Assembly (NCBI GenBank): GCA_934635045.1
Contig: CAKTZA010000001.1
Coordinates: 18,640-82,639 of the forward strand
Reading direction: 5' to 3'
Length of the DNA: 64,000 bases
Source: an uncultured Kiritimatiellota bacterium
Lineage (GTDB): Bacteria; Verrucomicrobiota; Kiritimatiellia; RFP12; UBA1067
Below the pieces are notes generated by a model. That model made no database searches. It saw nothing but the letters and a program-made list of their open reading frames with translations, and was not told where the DNA came from. Below are positions 43,916-53,302 of the stretch, in pieces. The position numbers were made by a program, and so were the translations under genes. Within the stretch, counting starts at the first letter, position 1. Every line of letters starts with the position of its first letter.

Positions 43916-44178
43916 GGCATCTCTCCTTTTCCTTATGGCTTGAAATGGATGTTTTACCCTAAGCGCGACAGCCGAAAGGGCGAGATGAGCCTCTCGTCAA
44001 CCATTAGGCTGGAACTTCCGTCGAACGAAAAGGCACACGCGGCGCCGACGGGCCTCGCGCCTGCGGCCTCATAGTCGCCCGCCGGCTCCAGTTCGACGTC
44101 CTCCAGACGCGCATCCCCGCGCCACACAGCCGCCATGTCTTCGCTTTCATTGAACGGTTCCCCTCATTAGGTGGCGGC

Positions 44179-44187
44179 ATTATAGCA
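44179..44187 (-). promoter_or_regulatory. Extended -10 promoter element facing the decayed FGE-family gene
   Basis: The - strand reads TGCTATAAT in an AT-richer spacer. The palindrome TGCAATTGCA lies 20 nt upstream. Confidence 0.45.
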
Positions 44188-44203
44188 TAGGCGGGACGAA
44201 AAA

Positions 44204-44213
44204 TGCAATTGCA
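44204..44213. promoter_or_regulatory. Perfect 10-bp palindrome TGCAATTGCA over the -35 position of the 44179-44187 promoter
   Basis: Read directly from the sequence. TTGCATTT recurs 18 nt further along (44229-44236). Confidence 0.3.
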
Positions 44214-44257
44214 AATCTTCCTGACCGACTTGCATTTCCCATGCCCTGAGCCTTGCC

Positions 44258-45826
44258 CTATTTCCGACAGGCCTTGAGCAGCGAATGGATGCGCCAGGAT
44301 TCCGGATCGGATGGCGTCAGCGCTCCAGCCGGACCTGCCAGCGAGCTCTCGATGCGATCCACGTACCGCTTGACCGCCATGTTCTCGTAGAACACCTTTT
44401 CGGGCGTCTCCCCCCAGATCCAGAATTCGCCCTTTGTGTAAAGGCGCATCCATCCATAGCCGAGCGATGACTTGTGCGCGATCCTGTATTCGCTGACTGC
44501 GGCGCGCGTCTCCGGGACGTTCCGCTCAAACATCCGCATCACGAGCACCGCCTGTCGGGCCACGCACGTCAGGTCCTCGAACCGCCGCCTGGCTTCGCCT
44601 CGCAATCCAGACGCATCATACCCTTCGAGAATCGCAAGGTCAGCCTCAAGTTCGGCAACCGTGTGAAGCCTGTGGACGACCCGCGAAAAATGGCTGTCGT
44701 CAAGGAACTCGATGTCGTTGTCGCGGAGATACGCGCGAAGATTCGGCCACTCGCGATCACATCGTGCCCGAACGTTTGCGTAATAGCGTTTCACCGCATC
44801 CTTTGCGGCCCCGAACCGTTCACACCACATCCTCTCTATCTCGTCAAACGAGGATTGCGGCCTTGTGCACAGCATGACGGCGGCAAACTCGCTGAACTGT
44901 TGGGACGGAAATCCGGCGCTGCGGTCATAGTCATCGCCAAGGGAGCCCAAGGATCTCAGCCTGTGGTGGACATCGCACATGTACCGCTCAAGCCCCGTCG
45001 GCAATGCGCTGCGTATGCACAGGAAGTTCGGGCGGTTGTAGAAATGCCGCGCACCGGCCACCTTCCACCCGGCAATGTCTGCCGACGGATCTTCGTCGTG
45101 CAGCGTCGGCACGTAGCTGAAGATCATGTTCTCCGGATGGGCGACTCTTGCGCGACGCGGCGGGCGGCGCGTCGCGCTATACAGGAACACGGCCACCTTG
45201 ACGTCCGGGCGCAGCTCCCTCGCCTTGGCGGCAAGCCGGTTCCAGAAAGCCACGTAGCGGTCTGACTTGTTGAGGCAGAACGGCTCCCCCGCCACCGGCG
45301 AGTCGAGCGCGACGCATCCATCGCACCTGCAAAATCCACCGTCACCATCGTTCTCGCCGGCAACCAGCAATTCAGGGCGCCCCTGACGCAGCCATTCCTT
45401 GATCCGCTCGTCAACCACAGCCTCATTCGACACGCACACTTTCGACATCCCTCGCATCCCCTGCGGCAGTCCCGGGCATTCGAAGCCCCTCTTGCCGTTC
45501 GGCAGCATCCCGAAATATTCGCGATGCGAATCCCAGCGCGTCTTTGTCCAGGCCCGGAACGAATGCCCTGAACGGTAGGTCGCCTTGCTCGCATACCCAA
45601 GACTCGCCCATTCCGCCTGTTCGCGGTCATGCCAGGCCCTGCATTCCCCTTTGGTGAAATGCAGTTCCTTCGGCACGTTTCGGCTCAGGCATTCCATGAC
45701 GCCGTAATCGCGAACGGTCCATATCTCAGGCCAAGCCCCAGATTCGACGACAGCGTCCGCACCGCCATTGCCGCACCCCGCAAGGATCATGGACAACGCC
45801 ACACAGAAAGGCATGTTGCACTTCAT
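44258..45826 (-). CDS. DUF4838-type lipoprotein (putative glycoside-hydrolase-like)
   Basis: Lipobox 'MKCNMPFCVALSMILAGCG'. Cys cluster 'GGFCRCDGCVALD'. The alternative ATGs 45838 and 45832 abut the upstream stop. Confidence 0.75.
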   Translation of the reverse strand: MKCNMPFCVALSMILAGCGNGGADAVVESGAWPEIWTVRDYGVMECLSRNVPKELHFTKGECRAWHDREQAEWASLGYASKATYRSGHSFRAWTKTRWDSHREYFGMLPNGKRGFECPGLPQGMRGMSKVCVSNEAVVDERIKEWLRQGRPELLVAGENDGDGGFCRCDGCVALDSPVAGEPFCLNKSDRYVAFWNRLAAKARELRPDVKVAVFLYSATRRPPRRARVAHPENMIFSYVPTLHDEDPSADIAGWKVAGARHFYNRPNFLCIRSALPTGLERYMCDVHHRLRSLGSLGDDYDRSAGFPSQQFSEFAAVMLCTRPQSSFDEIERMWCERFGAAKDAVKRYYANVRARCDREWPNLRAYLRDNDIEFLDDSHFSRVVHRLHTVAELEADLAILEGYDASGLRGEARRRFEDLTCVARQAVLVMRMFERNVPETRAAVSEYRIAHKSSLGYGWMRLYTKGEFWIWGETPEKVFYENMAVKRYVDRIESSLAGPAGALTPSDPESWRIHSLLKACRK

Positions 45827-45837
45827 CGGCATTCCCA

Positions 45838-48800
45838 TTAACGGATGACGACGACAGCCCCGAAGACAGCGCGCATCTGGAACGCGAAGCCGTCGGCGGT
45901 TTCCGCAATCCTGGCCTTGACGGCGCTTGAGCCCGGCAGAATCGGCGTGCCGCTGATCTGCGGCGCGGTGAACAGCGTTCTCCAGCTCCGCGCAAGCCCG
46001 CCATCCACAGCCAGTCGCATCGAGTCCAGGTTTACGCTCGCCGCACACGTGATGGAAGCTGAAGGGGCGAATCGCACCGTGCCGCCGTCAGCGGCGAGCC
46101 CGTTGACGGAAAGGTCGCCTGAGACTTCCAGCACGCTGTCCGCGTTCAGGCGAAGCATCGAGACGGCGGAGCCTGACGGGAGTCGCAGCGTGCCATTCGT
46201 GATGGCAAGAGTCCCTTCGCCCGCAACGGAATCCGCAAGCGTGACGACATGGCCTCCGGCATCGATGGTCAGCACGGCCTCGCGCCCCACGGCCAATGCG
46301 CGGTCATCGCGAGGACCGGTCGTCCCCAAGCCTTCCGCAGGCCCATACGTCCAGTCCGAAGAGACCCTGACCACGGGGGACGAAAACGGCGCCGCCTTCA
46401 GGGACAGGCAATTTTCCGCATCAGACGCCGTCGTCCAGTTCGACGTCATCTCAACCGTAATCGCATCGGCAAGCGTCAGCGAGGATGTTGACGCCGGCTC
46501 CGGCTGCATCTCAGCGAGTGACATCACCCCCGTTCCCCCGTAGACCTGGTCCTTGCCGCCACGGTACGGAACGCCAATCTCAAGCGTGCCGTCAACCACG
46601 TTTCTGCCGGGCTCGTTCTTCCACCAGTAGAGGGCTCCGTCGCTGCCGCGCTGGAAAGTCAACGTTCCCGACTGGCATACGCGGATGGACGAATTTGCCC
46701 ATCCAAGATCCATCGTCTGGTTCGTCAGCGTCAGGGATCCTCCCGGCAGGATCGTGAGCTGGGTCGATTGCGCCGATGCGGACGCCGCGCCTCGCCGCAG
46801 GCAGACCTGCGGATAGGAAGGCGTTCCTGAAATGCGGATATCGCCGCAAATGTTCAGGATTCCGGCAGGGCACCTGTCATAGTAGAACATCGGCGACGTG
46901 ATTACGAGCGGCCCCGCCTTCGACGTGAACGAAAGCCCTTTGCTGATGTTGCGCGCCTTCAGCCCCACATACTGCGGGAATGCCGACAGGGAATAGACGC
47001 TCGAATCCGCGTCGCCGCCCTCCGATGTCTTGGTAAAGGTGCGTTCGTTGTCGCTCGCTCCGATGACAAACGACGAGACTGCCGTATCGCGAAACGTGAT
47101 GTTGGCAAGCTTGGCGCCACGGATGTTGAAATCAGATTCGAGCCGGCCGTCTGCCGCGCCAAAGTAATAGCTCAACGCCTGCGTTTCGTCCGGAGCGGTA
47201 CGGCAATACCAGTTAGCCGCAGACGACCAGTAGCCGTCCCCCGCTTCTCCGATCCATTCATACGGGTAGAGTCCATCAGGTGCAGAGGCCGGCTTTACCG
47301 CGGCAATCACTCCGTTCGTGGAGACGGCCTTCCAGCCGGCGCATGAACCGGCCAGTTCCACCTGCGACGCATCTATCGGCAACAGGCCTGCCGCGCCAGT
47401 TGCCGCCAAGACGCCGCCGTCTGACGTCCCCTCCTGGACATCAAGGACTATCTTGGCTGTCGGGGCAACCACCCACTCTGCCGCCGAGACCATGTTCGTT
47501 CCGGCCGGTATCTTAAGCACGCTTTCCGGGCCAAGCACGATTCTCTCTGCGCGAAGTCCGGCATAGTCCGCATTCTCGTATGGCCCGATCTCCAGCGTCG
47601 TGCCGTCCTCAACCCGAACCTCGCGGAACGACATATGCGAAGAGCATTGCCTCATCCGGAACGAACCGCCGCCGCAGACGAGCAGGGAACCGTTTCCGTT
47701 CCGCGAACCGATCGTCGGGAAAGCCATGTTCCTCTTTACGGAAGCGTCATTCGCATCGCGCGTGTCGATGGTCAGAGTCCCCTCCACCAATGGATATACG
47801 GTTTTCGAAACCTTGATGGACATCTCTTCCGCCGTGGGTCGCATTGTCGCCGGGCCATCGACGTCAAATCCCCTGGCATCGCCGTTCACCGTATTGAATA
47901 CCGCAGACCCGCCAATTGTCAGCGTGTCGAGCTTCAACGTAAGGCGCGTGTCGACAGACGAGTTTGCGCCGTACAAGAACTGCAGGGCGGTGAAAGGCTC
48001 GTGCGAAACGAGCGTACAGCGCTTTTCGACGAGGAACTGCCCGTTTGGAGCCGAGAACGGAGCGTTGAACGTGACGACCTCCCCCGCTTCCTCGATAAAG
48101 TCCACTGCCGTGCCACTCGCCGTTGCGGCGAACGCCGTTCCCTTCGATTCGGTGACAAGCCGTTTGCCGGAGACTGTCAGCGTGGACGCATTGGTTATCG
48201 CCCCGCCTGTGAGATCAAGCGCAGTACCTTCGGCAATCTGGACATTCCCGTCAACCGTCAAAGCGCCATCATCTTGCATCTTCAGGGAAGAGAGTCCTGT
48301 CATGGCAAAATCCCCCTTCACGGTCATCGTGCCGCCATTTATCGCCAATGCGACGCCGGCCTTGTCTTCATACCCGTCCCTGTGCGTAAACGTCGAACAG
48401 CAAACCGAGCCGCCATTCAGCACAAGCGCATTCGCGCTCGCCGCATAGCCGAGCAGGCCGCCAAGCGCGACCGTCGCATTCTCCACAGTCAGCGAAGCAT
48501 CCGGCCCCCACAGGCGGACGATCCCCGTCGTGTTCGTAAGCACGGCTCCATTGCATATGGTCACGGGAGAATACCATAGCGACTCCAATTTCGTCATGTT
48601 CAGCGTCACGCCATCAAGCGTTGTCGGGTGGTTCTGCATGATGTACGGCGACGTCCCGGGCCCGGCATTGGCAAGCAGCTTTACGGATCCGCGACCCTTC
48701 AGGACAAGCGGAGCGGGTTTCTGAGCCCGTTCGACATAAAACGAGCCGATCTCATGGTCGCCATCGATCGCGATCTCCATCGTCTGCCCGGAAAAGTCGA

Positions 48801-49008
48801 AATACGCAAGCTCTCCCGATCCGGGGATGTGACCAAGCGACCAGTTGCCGGCCTCGTCCCACGATCCGCCAGACGCGCCTCTCCAGCGGTTGGTCGTAAC
48901 CGCACCGTCTGCGGACGATGCGAAAGCCAAGAATGAGACGACGAGGACAACCCCCGCGAGGGCGTTCGGCGCGGCACCAGCCGCAGCGAGAGTCATTCGA
49001 CTTTTCAT
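45838..49008 (-). CDS. Giant (1056-aa) secreted beta-helix/adhesin-like protein, two modules; ends ...FGAVVVIR
   Basis: Signal peptide MKSRMTLAAAGAAPNALAGVVLVVSFLAFASSADG. Module starts 'RWRGASGGSWDEAGNWSLGHIPGSGELAYFDF' and 'YEWIGEAGDGYWSSAANWYCRTAPDETQALSYYF'. G/T/N/V-rich strand repeats. No catalytic motif recognised. Confidence 0.8.
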   Translation of the reverse strand: MKSRMTLAAAGAAPNALAGVVLVVSFLAFASSADGAVTTNRWRGASGGSWDEAGNWSLGHIPGSGELAYFDFSGQTMEIAIDGDHEIGSFYVERAQKPAPLVLKGRGSVKLLANAGPGTSPYIMQNHPTTLDGVTLNMTKLESLWYSPVTICNGAVLTNTTGIVRLWGPDASLTVENATVALGGLLGYAASANALVLNGGSVCCSTFTHRDGYEDKAGVALAINGGTMTVKGDFAMTGLSSLKMQDDGALTVDGNVQIAEGTALDLTGGAITNASTLTVSGKRLVTESKGTAFAATASGTAVDFIEEAGEVVTFNAPFSAPNGQFLVEKRCTLVSHEPFTALQFLYGANSSVDTRLTLKLDTLTIGGSAVFNTVNGDARGFDVDGPATMRPTAEEMSIKVSKTVYPLVEGTLTIDTRDANDASVKRNMAFPTIGSRNGNGSLLVCGGGSFRMRQCSSHMSFREVRVEDGTTLEIGPYENADYAGLRAERIVLGPESVLKIPAGTNMVSAAEWVVAPTAKIVLDVQEGTSDGGVLAATGAAGLLPIDASQVELAGSCAGWKAVSTNGVIAAVKPASAPDGLYPYEWIGEAGDGYWSSAANWYCRTAPDETQALSYYFGAADGRLESDFNIRGAKLANITFRDTAVSSFVIGASDNERTFTKTSEGGDADSSVYSLSAFPQYVGLKARNISKGLSFTSKAGPLVITSPMFYYDRCPAGILNICGDIRISGTPSYPQVCLRRGAASASAQSTQLTILPGGSLTLTNQTMDLGWANSSIRVCQSGTLTFQRGSDGALYWWKNEPGRNVVDGTLEIGVPYRGGKDQVYGGTGVMSLAEMQPEPASTSSLTLADAITVEMTSNWTTASDAENCLSLKAAPFSSPVVRVSSDWTYGPAEGLGTTGPRDDRALAVGREAVLTIDAGGHVVTLADSVAGEGTLAITNGTLRLPSGSAVSMLRLNADSVLEVSGDLSVNGLAADGGTVRFAPSASITCAASVNLDSMRLAVDGGLARSWRTLFTAPQISGTPILPGSSAVKARIAETADGFAFQMRAVFGAVVVIR

Positions 49009-49073
49009 TTTCGTGTTCCTTTTTGTGCGTATCGTCTTGTTCTGTGTCAGGCTCCAGGATCCAAGTTCCATGC

Positions 49074-50477
49074 TCAATCTCCCGCGCAGCGCCGGACACA
49101 GGAACATGCCCCGGCAGTCCGCGTCGGCGTAGTCGTCCCGGAAGCAAATTGGGCCGGTCTTGTTCCTGCCGAGACGTCCTCGACGCTTGCGTCCTGACTG
49201 ACAATCGCCGGACGCGAATCTGGAATGCGTACCGCAAAATCAACATCATCAAGACGAATCCGGTCGGCGTGACGGACATAGAGGCCATAAGCGGGGAGCG
49301 GTCGTTTGTCGAACATGAACGCTTCTGGGTAAGCGGCCTCCTTTTCCGGAACGGCCGCCACGGCATCTTCATCGGTGCCGCCGCCGGGGAGGAGCAGCCG
49401 GATGCCGCGGAGAGTGATGTCTGACGGCCGACGAGTCGGAACGCCAGTGATCGAACTCGCAATTAGGCTGTCGGCCCTGCCACGGATATTCTCGAGAACG
49501 ACATGGCGCAAAAATGTCTCGGCCCCGGCAGCCGGCTCATGCCGCCGGTCATGGCGGATGAAGAACGGCGTCTGATACCCGTCTATCGTCACGTTTCTCA
49601 CCGTCACGCGCTCAAGCCTTCCGCCGTCCACGACTTCGATTGCAAGTCCCGCAATGCCGCAGATCCTGTTCGTGACGCCGGGGATCGTTTTCCACCAGCT
49701 GAAGCGGTGGTTCGCGGAGGAACGCACGAGCGCGCAGTTCTCGACCAGGACATCCCGCACGTCGGCGTAGCTGCCAGTTCCGAACTTGACGGCATTGCAA
49801 CAACTCGCGAGACGACAGTTGCGGATTGTCACGTTCGTGACGGAAAACGACTTGTCGCTCTCCGTCTTGATGGCAATGGCGTCATCGTCCGCATCGATGT
49901 CACACGCTTCGATCAGCACGTTTGCGGACTCAATGTCAATGCCGTCGTTCGTGTTGTTCACGTGGTTGAAGCAACGAACACGGCGCATCGTCACGCCGTC
50001 GCAATTCCGGAGATGGCAACCCCACGCGGCCCCGTTCCGATAGGTGAAGCCCTCGAGCCGCACGTTGCGGCAACGCGAAAAGCGCATCAGGACCGGCAGC
50101 TGCTGAGGCTGGCTCTCGCCGGCAAGCCCGGCCCGTTCGCGAAAGACGCCCCCGCGACCGTCGATGACGCCCTTCCCGACGATCGCGACATTCGTCGCAC
50201 ACTCGGCGAAGATGAAGCACTTCTCCCCAGGAGGCATCGGATAGTCCGCGCGGTTCGTGCTCGCGAAAAGACGCGCCCCCTCGTCCAGTTCGAGAGTCAC
50301 GTTGCTCTTCAGAACAAAAGGCCCCGACTCCCAATCGCCCGCAGCGACGCGAACGGTTCCTCCTCCCTGAGATTCGGCCGAGTCAATGAGCGATTGAACG
50401 TCAAGCGCCGCCCCCAACGCCGAAAACGCCGTGGCAACCGCAAGAACAGAAACAAAGACCGCCTTTTCACCGCTCAT
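49074..50477 (-). CDS. GH28 polygalacturonase-family hydrolase
   Basis: 'NNTNDGIDIE', 'DADDDAIAIKT', 'NAVKFGT', with beta-helix periodicity. The ATG lies 7 nt after TGCTATACT. Confidence 0.85.
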   Translation of the reverse strand: MSGEKAVFVSVLAVATAFSALGAALDVQSLIDSAESQGGGTVRVAAGDWESGPFVLKSNVTLELDEGARLFASTNRADYPMPPGEKCFIFAECATNVAIVGKGVIDGRGGVFRERAGLAGESQPQQLPVLMRFSRCRNVRLEGFTYRNGAAWGCHLRNCDGVTMRRVRCFNHVNNTNDGIDIESANVLIEACDIDADDDAIAIKTESDKSFSVTNVTIRNCRLASCCNAVKFGTGSYADVRDVLVENCALVRSSANHRFSWWKTIPGVTNRICGIAGLAIEVVDGGRLERVTVRNVTIDGYQTPFFIRHDRRHEPAAGAETFLRHVVLENIRGRADSLIASSITGVPTRRPSDITLRGIRLLLPGGGTDEDAVAAVPEKEAAYPEAFMFDKRPLPAYGLYVRHADRIRLDDVDFAVRIPDSRPAIVSQDASVEDVSAGTRPAQFASGTTTPTRTAGACSCVRRCAGD

Positions 50478-50484
50478 GGCGGAC

Positions 50485-50493
50485 AGTATAGCA
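50485..50493 (-). promoter_or_regulatory. Extended -10 promoter element
   Basis: The - strand reads TGCTATACT, 7 nt before ATG 50477 (GH28). Confidence 0.5.
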
Positions 50494-50513
50494 AATATGC
50501 CGTTCCGCGCGCA

Positions 50514-50529
50514 ACTACAATTTTGTAGT
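50514..50529. promoter_or_regulatory. Palindrome ACTACAA-tt-TTGTAGT, candidate operator
   Basis: 7-bp arms located 24 nt upstream of the GH28 -10 hexamer, between the MFS stop and the GH28 start and adjacent to the regulator-MFS pair. Confidence 0.35.
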
Positions 50530-50546
50530 TTTAGTCGTTTTTGCCC

Positions 50547-51809
50547 TTAAGACCTTCCTCTGGTGCCAGCCCATCGTCCGCGTTCCGCCAGATCCAGCCC
50601 ACGGGCGCGCCCAGCCTTCCGCAACAGGGGACGCTCCATTTCGGGAAGCGCGCGGGCAAGGATGCCGCAGGCCGCGGCGCCGCAAGCGAACAGCGCGAAC
50701 GGCAAGGCCGGGCTTGCCGACATCAGCAACGGAAACGCGAACGAGGCAAGCGCCGTGACGACCTGGTTGCCAAGCATCGCAAAGGACACGCCCCTCGCGC
50801 GAATCGGTGCGGGCAGGATCTCCGCCGCCAGCAGCCAGACGCACGCGCCCGGCCCGAAAGAGAAGAAACCGACAAGAACGCAGAGGGAACAGGCGACGAG
50901 CCTCGCACACGACAACAGCATGAAAATCGGCACGGCGACAAGCGACAGGGCTACGCCGACGAGTCCAACACAAAGGACAAAGCGTCTCCCCCTGCGCTCA
51001 ATGAACGGCAGCGCGGCAAGCGGCGCGACAAGAGCCGCAATCCGCATCATGATGTCCGCGCCGTTCGCCGAGGCCCCTGACAGTCCCGCAGAGCGAAGAA
51101 TCGCAACCGAATAATGCATGACGACGCCGATTCCCGTCGCAGACGTCAACGCCAACAGGGCACAAGCGACCAGAAGCGGACGTTTCAGGCAGAAGCCTCG
51201 GTCCTGACTGGATGCGCGACCGGACGCGCAACCATCGTGCTGTCGGTCAACATCCCGGCCGTCGGCCCCGCGTTCCAGCATGAGCGTCCCAAAGAGAAAA
51301 AGAATCAACACCGGCGCAAGGGCGAGGACATCAATCCGCCAGGCAAATGCGGACGACATGTCCCCAAGCGCTACGGCAAAGCCGACACCCGCCCCCGTGA
51401 CACCGCCAAGGGAATTCGCGAATTGGTAGAGCGCCGAGGCGCGTCCACGGCGTTCAACCGGCAACGTTTCGGCAAGATACAGCGGCAGAAGGACCGAAAA
51501 CAGTCCCAACCCAAAGCCAAGAACAAAACGGCCCGCAATCGCAAGCGAGAAAACATCGCCAGGCGCACAAACAAGGGGAACGGCCACCAGCGCACAAGCG
51601 CCGGACAGCTGCATCGCACGGACACGCCCAAGACGATCCGCGAGAAACCCGCCGGCGGCGGACGACAGAACCATGGCAAACATCGCAGCGGAAACGAAGA
51701 GCCCGCGCCCCATCTCGCCAACCGCCATGAGCGGAATCGCCGCCGCGACAAGGCTGGGGGCAAAGCCGGACGCGAACGCGCCGACAAGCGGAACGAGAAG
51801 CGTTCTCAC
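50547..51809 (-). CDS. MFS sugar-porter-type transporter
   Basis: 420 aa. 'GGFLADRLGRVRAM', 'LPLYLAETLPVERRGRASALYQFANSLG'. About 12 TM segments. Confidence 0.88.
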   Translation of the reverse strand: MRTLLVPLVGAFASGFAPSLVAAAIPLMAVGEMGRGLFVSAAMFAMVLSSAAGGFLADRLGRVRAMQLSGACALVAVPLVCAPGDVFSLAIAGRFVLGFGLGLFSVLLPLYLAETLPVERRGRASALYQFANSLGGVTGAGVGFAVALGDMSSAFAWRIDVLALAPVLILFLFGTLMLERGADGRDVDRQHDGCASGRASSQDRGFCLKRPLLVACALLALTSATGIGVVMHYSVAILRSAGLSGASANGADIMMRIAALVAPLAALPFIERRGRRFVLCVGLVGVALSLVAVPIFMLLSCARLVACSLCVLVGFFSFGPGACVWLLAAEILPAPIRARGVSFAMLGNQVVTALASFAFPLLMSASPALPFALFACGAAACGILARALPEMERPLLRKAGRARGLDLAERGRWAGTRGRS

Positions 51810-52903
51810 GGAAAGCTCTCACCGTTCACATAACGCGTACCGAACGCCATTCTCTGCCGGATTCGCCGACCCTGCAGAAACGCGCAGACCGATTCCGACA
51901 ACTGGTCTCCGTGCGCGAACGGATCGTTCTCAAGCCGCGTGAGGGACATGGGATAGACCGGGCCCAAACCCGTATTTGACAGGGAGACGACCTTCACGTC
52001 AGCCGGGATTCGCAATCCGGCCTCCTGCAGAGCCGTCAGCGCTCCAGAAGCGACATAATCGTCCGTGAAGACCAGCAGCTCCGGCAACCATGCCCGGCCC
52101 TCGGACAGAAACCGCGCGCGAAACGCATCCAGCGCACCACGCGCCGTCCCCTCGGCTCGGCCTTGTGTCAATTCAACTGGCGTCAGGAACTCATCCGCTC
52201 CGATCCCCGCTGCACGAAGTGCGGGAACCGCGTCAAACGCGCGCCCCGTCTCCTTCGACGCCTGCAGGACACGGCGGACGCCTCGCGCTTCGCAGTGATT
52301 GACAAGATCCGAGACCGCCGCGTCGTTTGAACGCAAGAAGCTCGCGACACACCCCTTGAGCCGACAGGGCATCGGGCCAAACACGCCGAATGGGACGTCC
52401 GTCTTCGAGAGGAACCGCTCGATGTCGGGGCGGTTCTCGATAAGAAGCGCGAAATTCGGCCTTGCCTTTAGCTCATGCGCCAGCAGACGGAAATCATAGC
52501 GGCCGTTTGCCTTGCGCAAGACCGTCACCTGCGAGAACATGTAGCCGAGCTCGGAAATGCGCGCACGAAGCCGGCCAACCAACACGTTCTGATAGTACAC
52601 ATGGTCGCCATCCGGCACGATGACGAGAACGCGACCAACCCAAACGTCCTGTCGCCGCGCGTTCACGACGCAACCGGTTCGCCTTTGCGCCGTGATGAGC
52701 CCCTCCCGCACAAGCGCGGCGACGGCGGCCTCCGGCACGCGAATCGACACGCCGAGGAGCTTCGACCATTCGAGAATCGTCGGAAGAACGACTCCCGGCT
52801 TGTAATATCCAGATGCGATCGCTTCGCGAAGGCCGTTGGTCATCTGCCTGGACATGCTGACCCCGATGCCCTTCTGTATCTTGAACGGAACATTTCTCTC
52901 CAT
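51806..52903 (-). CDS. Hybrid regulator: GntR-type wHTH N-terminus + LacI/PBP1-type sugar-binding domain
   Basis: 'LPTILEWSKLLGVSIRVPEAAVAALVREGLITAQRRTGCVV', then 'VLVIVPDGDHVYY...VFTDDYVASGALTALQEAGLRIPADVKVVS'. The ATG lies 7 nt after TGATATCAT. 4-nt overlap with the MFS gene. Confidence 0.82.
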   Translation of the reverse strand: MERNVPFKIQKGIGVSMSRQMTNGLREAIASGYYKPGVVLPTILEWSKLLGVSIRVPEAAVAALVREGLITAQRRTGCVVNARRQDVWVGRVLVIVPDGDHVYYQNVLVGRLRARISELGYMFSQVTVLRKANGRYDFRLLAHELKARPNFALLIENRPDIERFLSKTDVPFGVFGPMPCRLKGCVASFLRSNDAAVSDLVNHCEARGVRRVLQASKETGRAFDAVPALRAAGIGADEFLTPVELTQGRAEGTARGALDAFRARFLSEGRAWLPELLVFTDDYVASGALTALQEAGLRIPADVKVVSLSNTGLGPVYPMSLTRLENDPFAHGDQLSESVCAFLQGRRIRQRMAFGTRYVNGESFP

Positions 52904-52910
52904 GGCCGAT

Positions 52911-52919
52911 ATGATATCA
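52911..52919 (-). promoter_or_regulatory. Extended -10 promoter element
   Basis: The - strand reads TGATATCAT, 7 nt before ATG 52903 (GntR/LacI hybrid regulator). Confidence 0.45.
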
Positions 52920-53172
52920 AAAATCGCCCTTCGGATGCGCGTGACGCGGAGACCGGGCTTTCACTCGCCCAAGCGTAAACGCGCGCCTTCAGAGGCCGTG
53001 TCCGACGGTTTTCCCGTCAAAGACGTGAAGCCGTCCACATCACTTGTTCGCTGCAGTTTCATCGGGTTTCGGCACACGCAGACGAGTAAAAAAGATTTTC
53101 CGCAGAGAATTCTCATTTTACGCTATCTGCACGAACCAACCGTATTTCCAACGTTTCCACCTCATAGGAATG

Positions 53173-53204
53173 GGGACAGGCCCCGGCAAATGGGGGCCTG
53201 TCCC
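53173..53204 (-). terminator. GC-rich 12-bp hairpin (GGGACAGGCCCC / GGGGCCTGTCCC, 8-nt loop), candidate U-tract-less terminator of the locus C operon
   Basis: A perfect 12-bp stem read directly from the sequence, about 100 nt downstream of the beta-barrel gene stop on the - strand. There is no T-run on the - strand; a TTTTT lies 10 nt away on the + strand. Confidence 0.4.
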
Positions 53205-53216
53205 TCGCGTATCCTT
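53192..53216. repeat. 25-nt direct repeat, copy 1 (GGGGGCCTGTCCCTCGCGTATCCTT)
   Basis: Matches 53278-53302 at 24 of 25 positions (T/C difference). Copy 1 also forms the right arm of the hairpin. Confidence 0.85.
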
Positions 53217-53277
53217 TTTCGGACAGGAACGGAACTGTATCACTCGGACTGTACCACTCATGTCTGACCCTTTATTG

Positions 53278-53302
53278 GGGGGCCTGTCCCTCGCGCATCC
53301 TT
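53278..53302. repeat. 25-nt direct repeat, copy 2 (GGGGGCCTGTCCCTCGCGCATCCTT)
   Basis: Located immediately 3' of the beta-barrel gene stop (53304-53306), 86 nt from copy 1. Confidence 0.85.

Noticed and set aside
43954-44136. A 60-aa - strand ORF (MAAVWRGDARLEDVELEPAGDYEAAGARPVGAACAFSFDGSSSLMVDERLISPFRLSRLG) downstream of the 44179-44187 promoter.
   Set aside because: It has a protein-like acidic composition and a promoter nearby. However, it has no SD and no recognisable motif, and it lies in a scarred region. The evidence is insufficient to call a gene; it may be another fragment.
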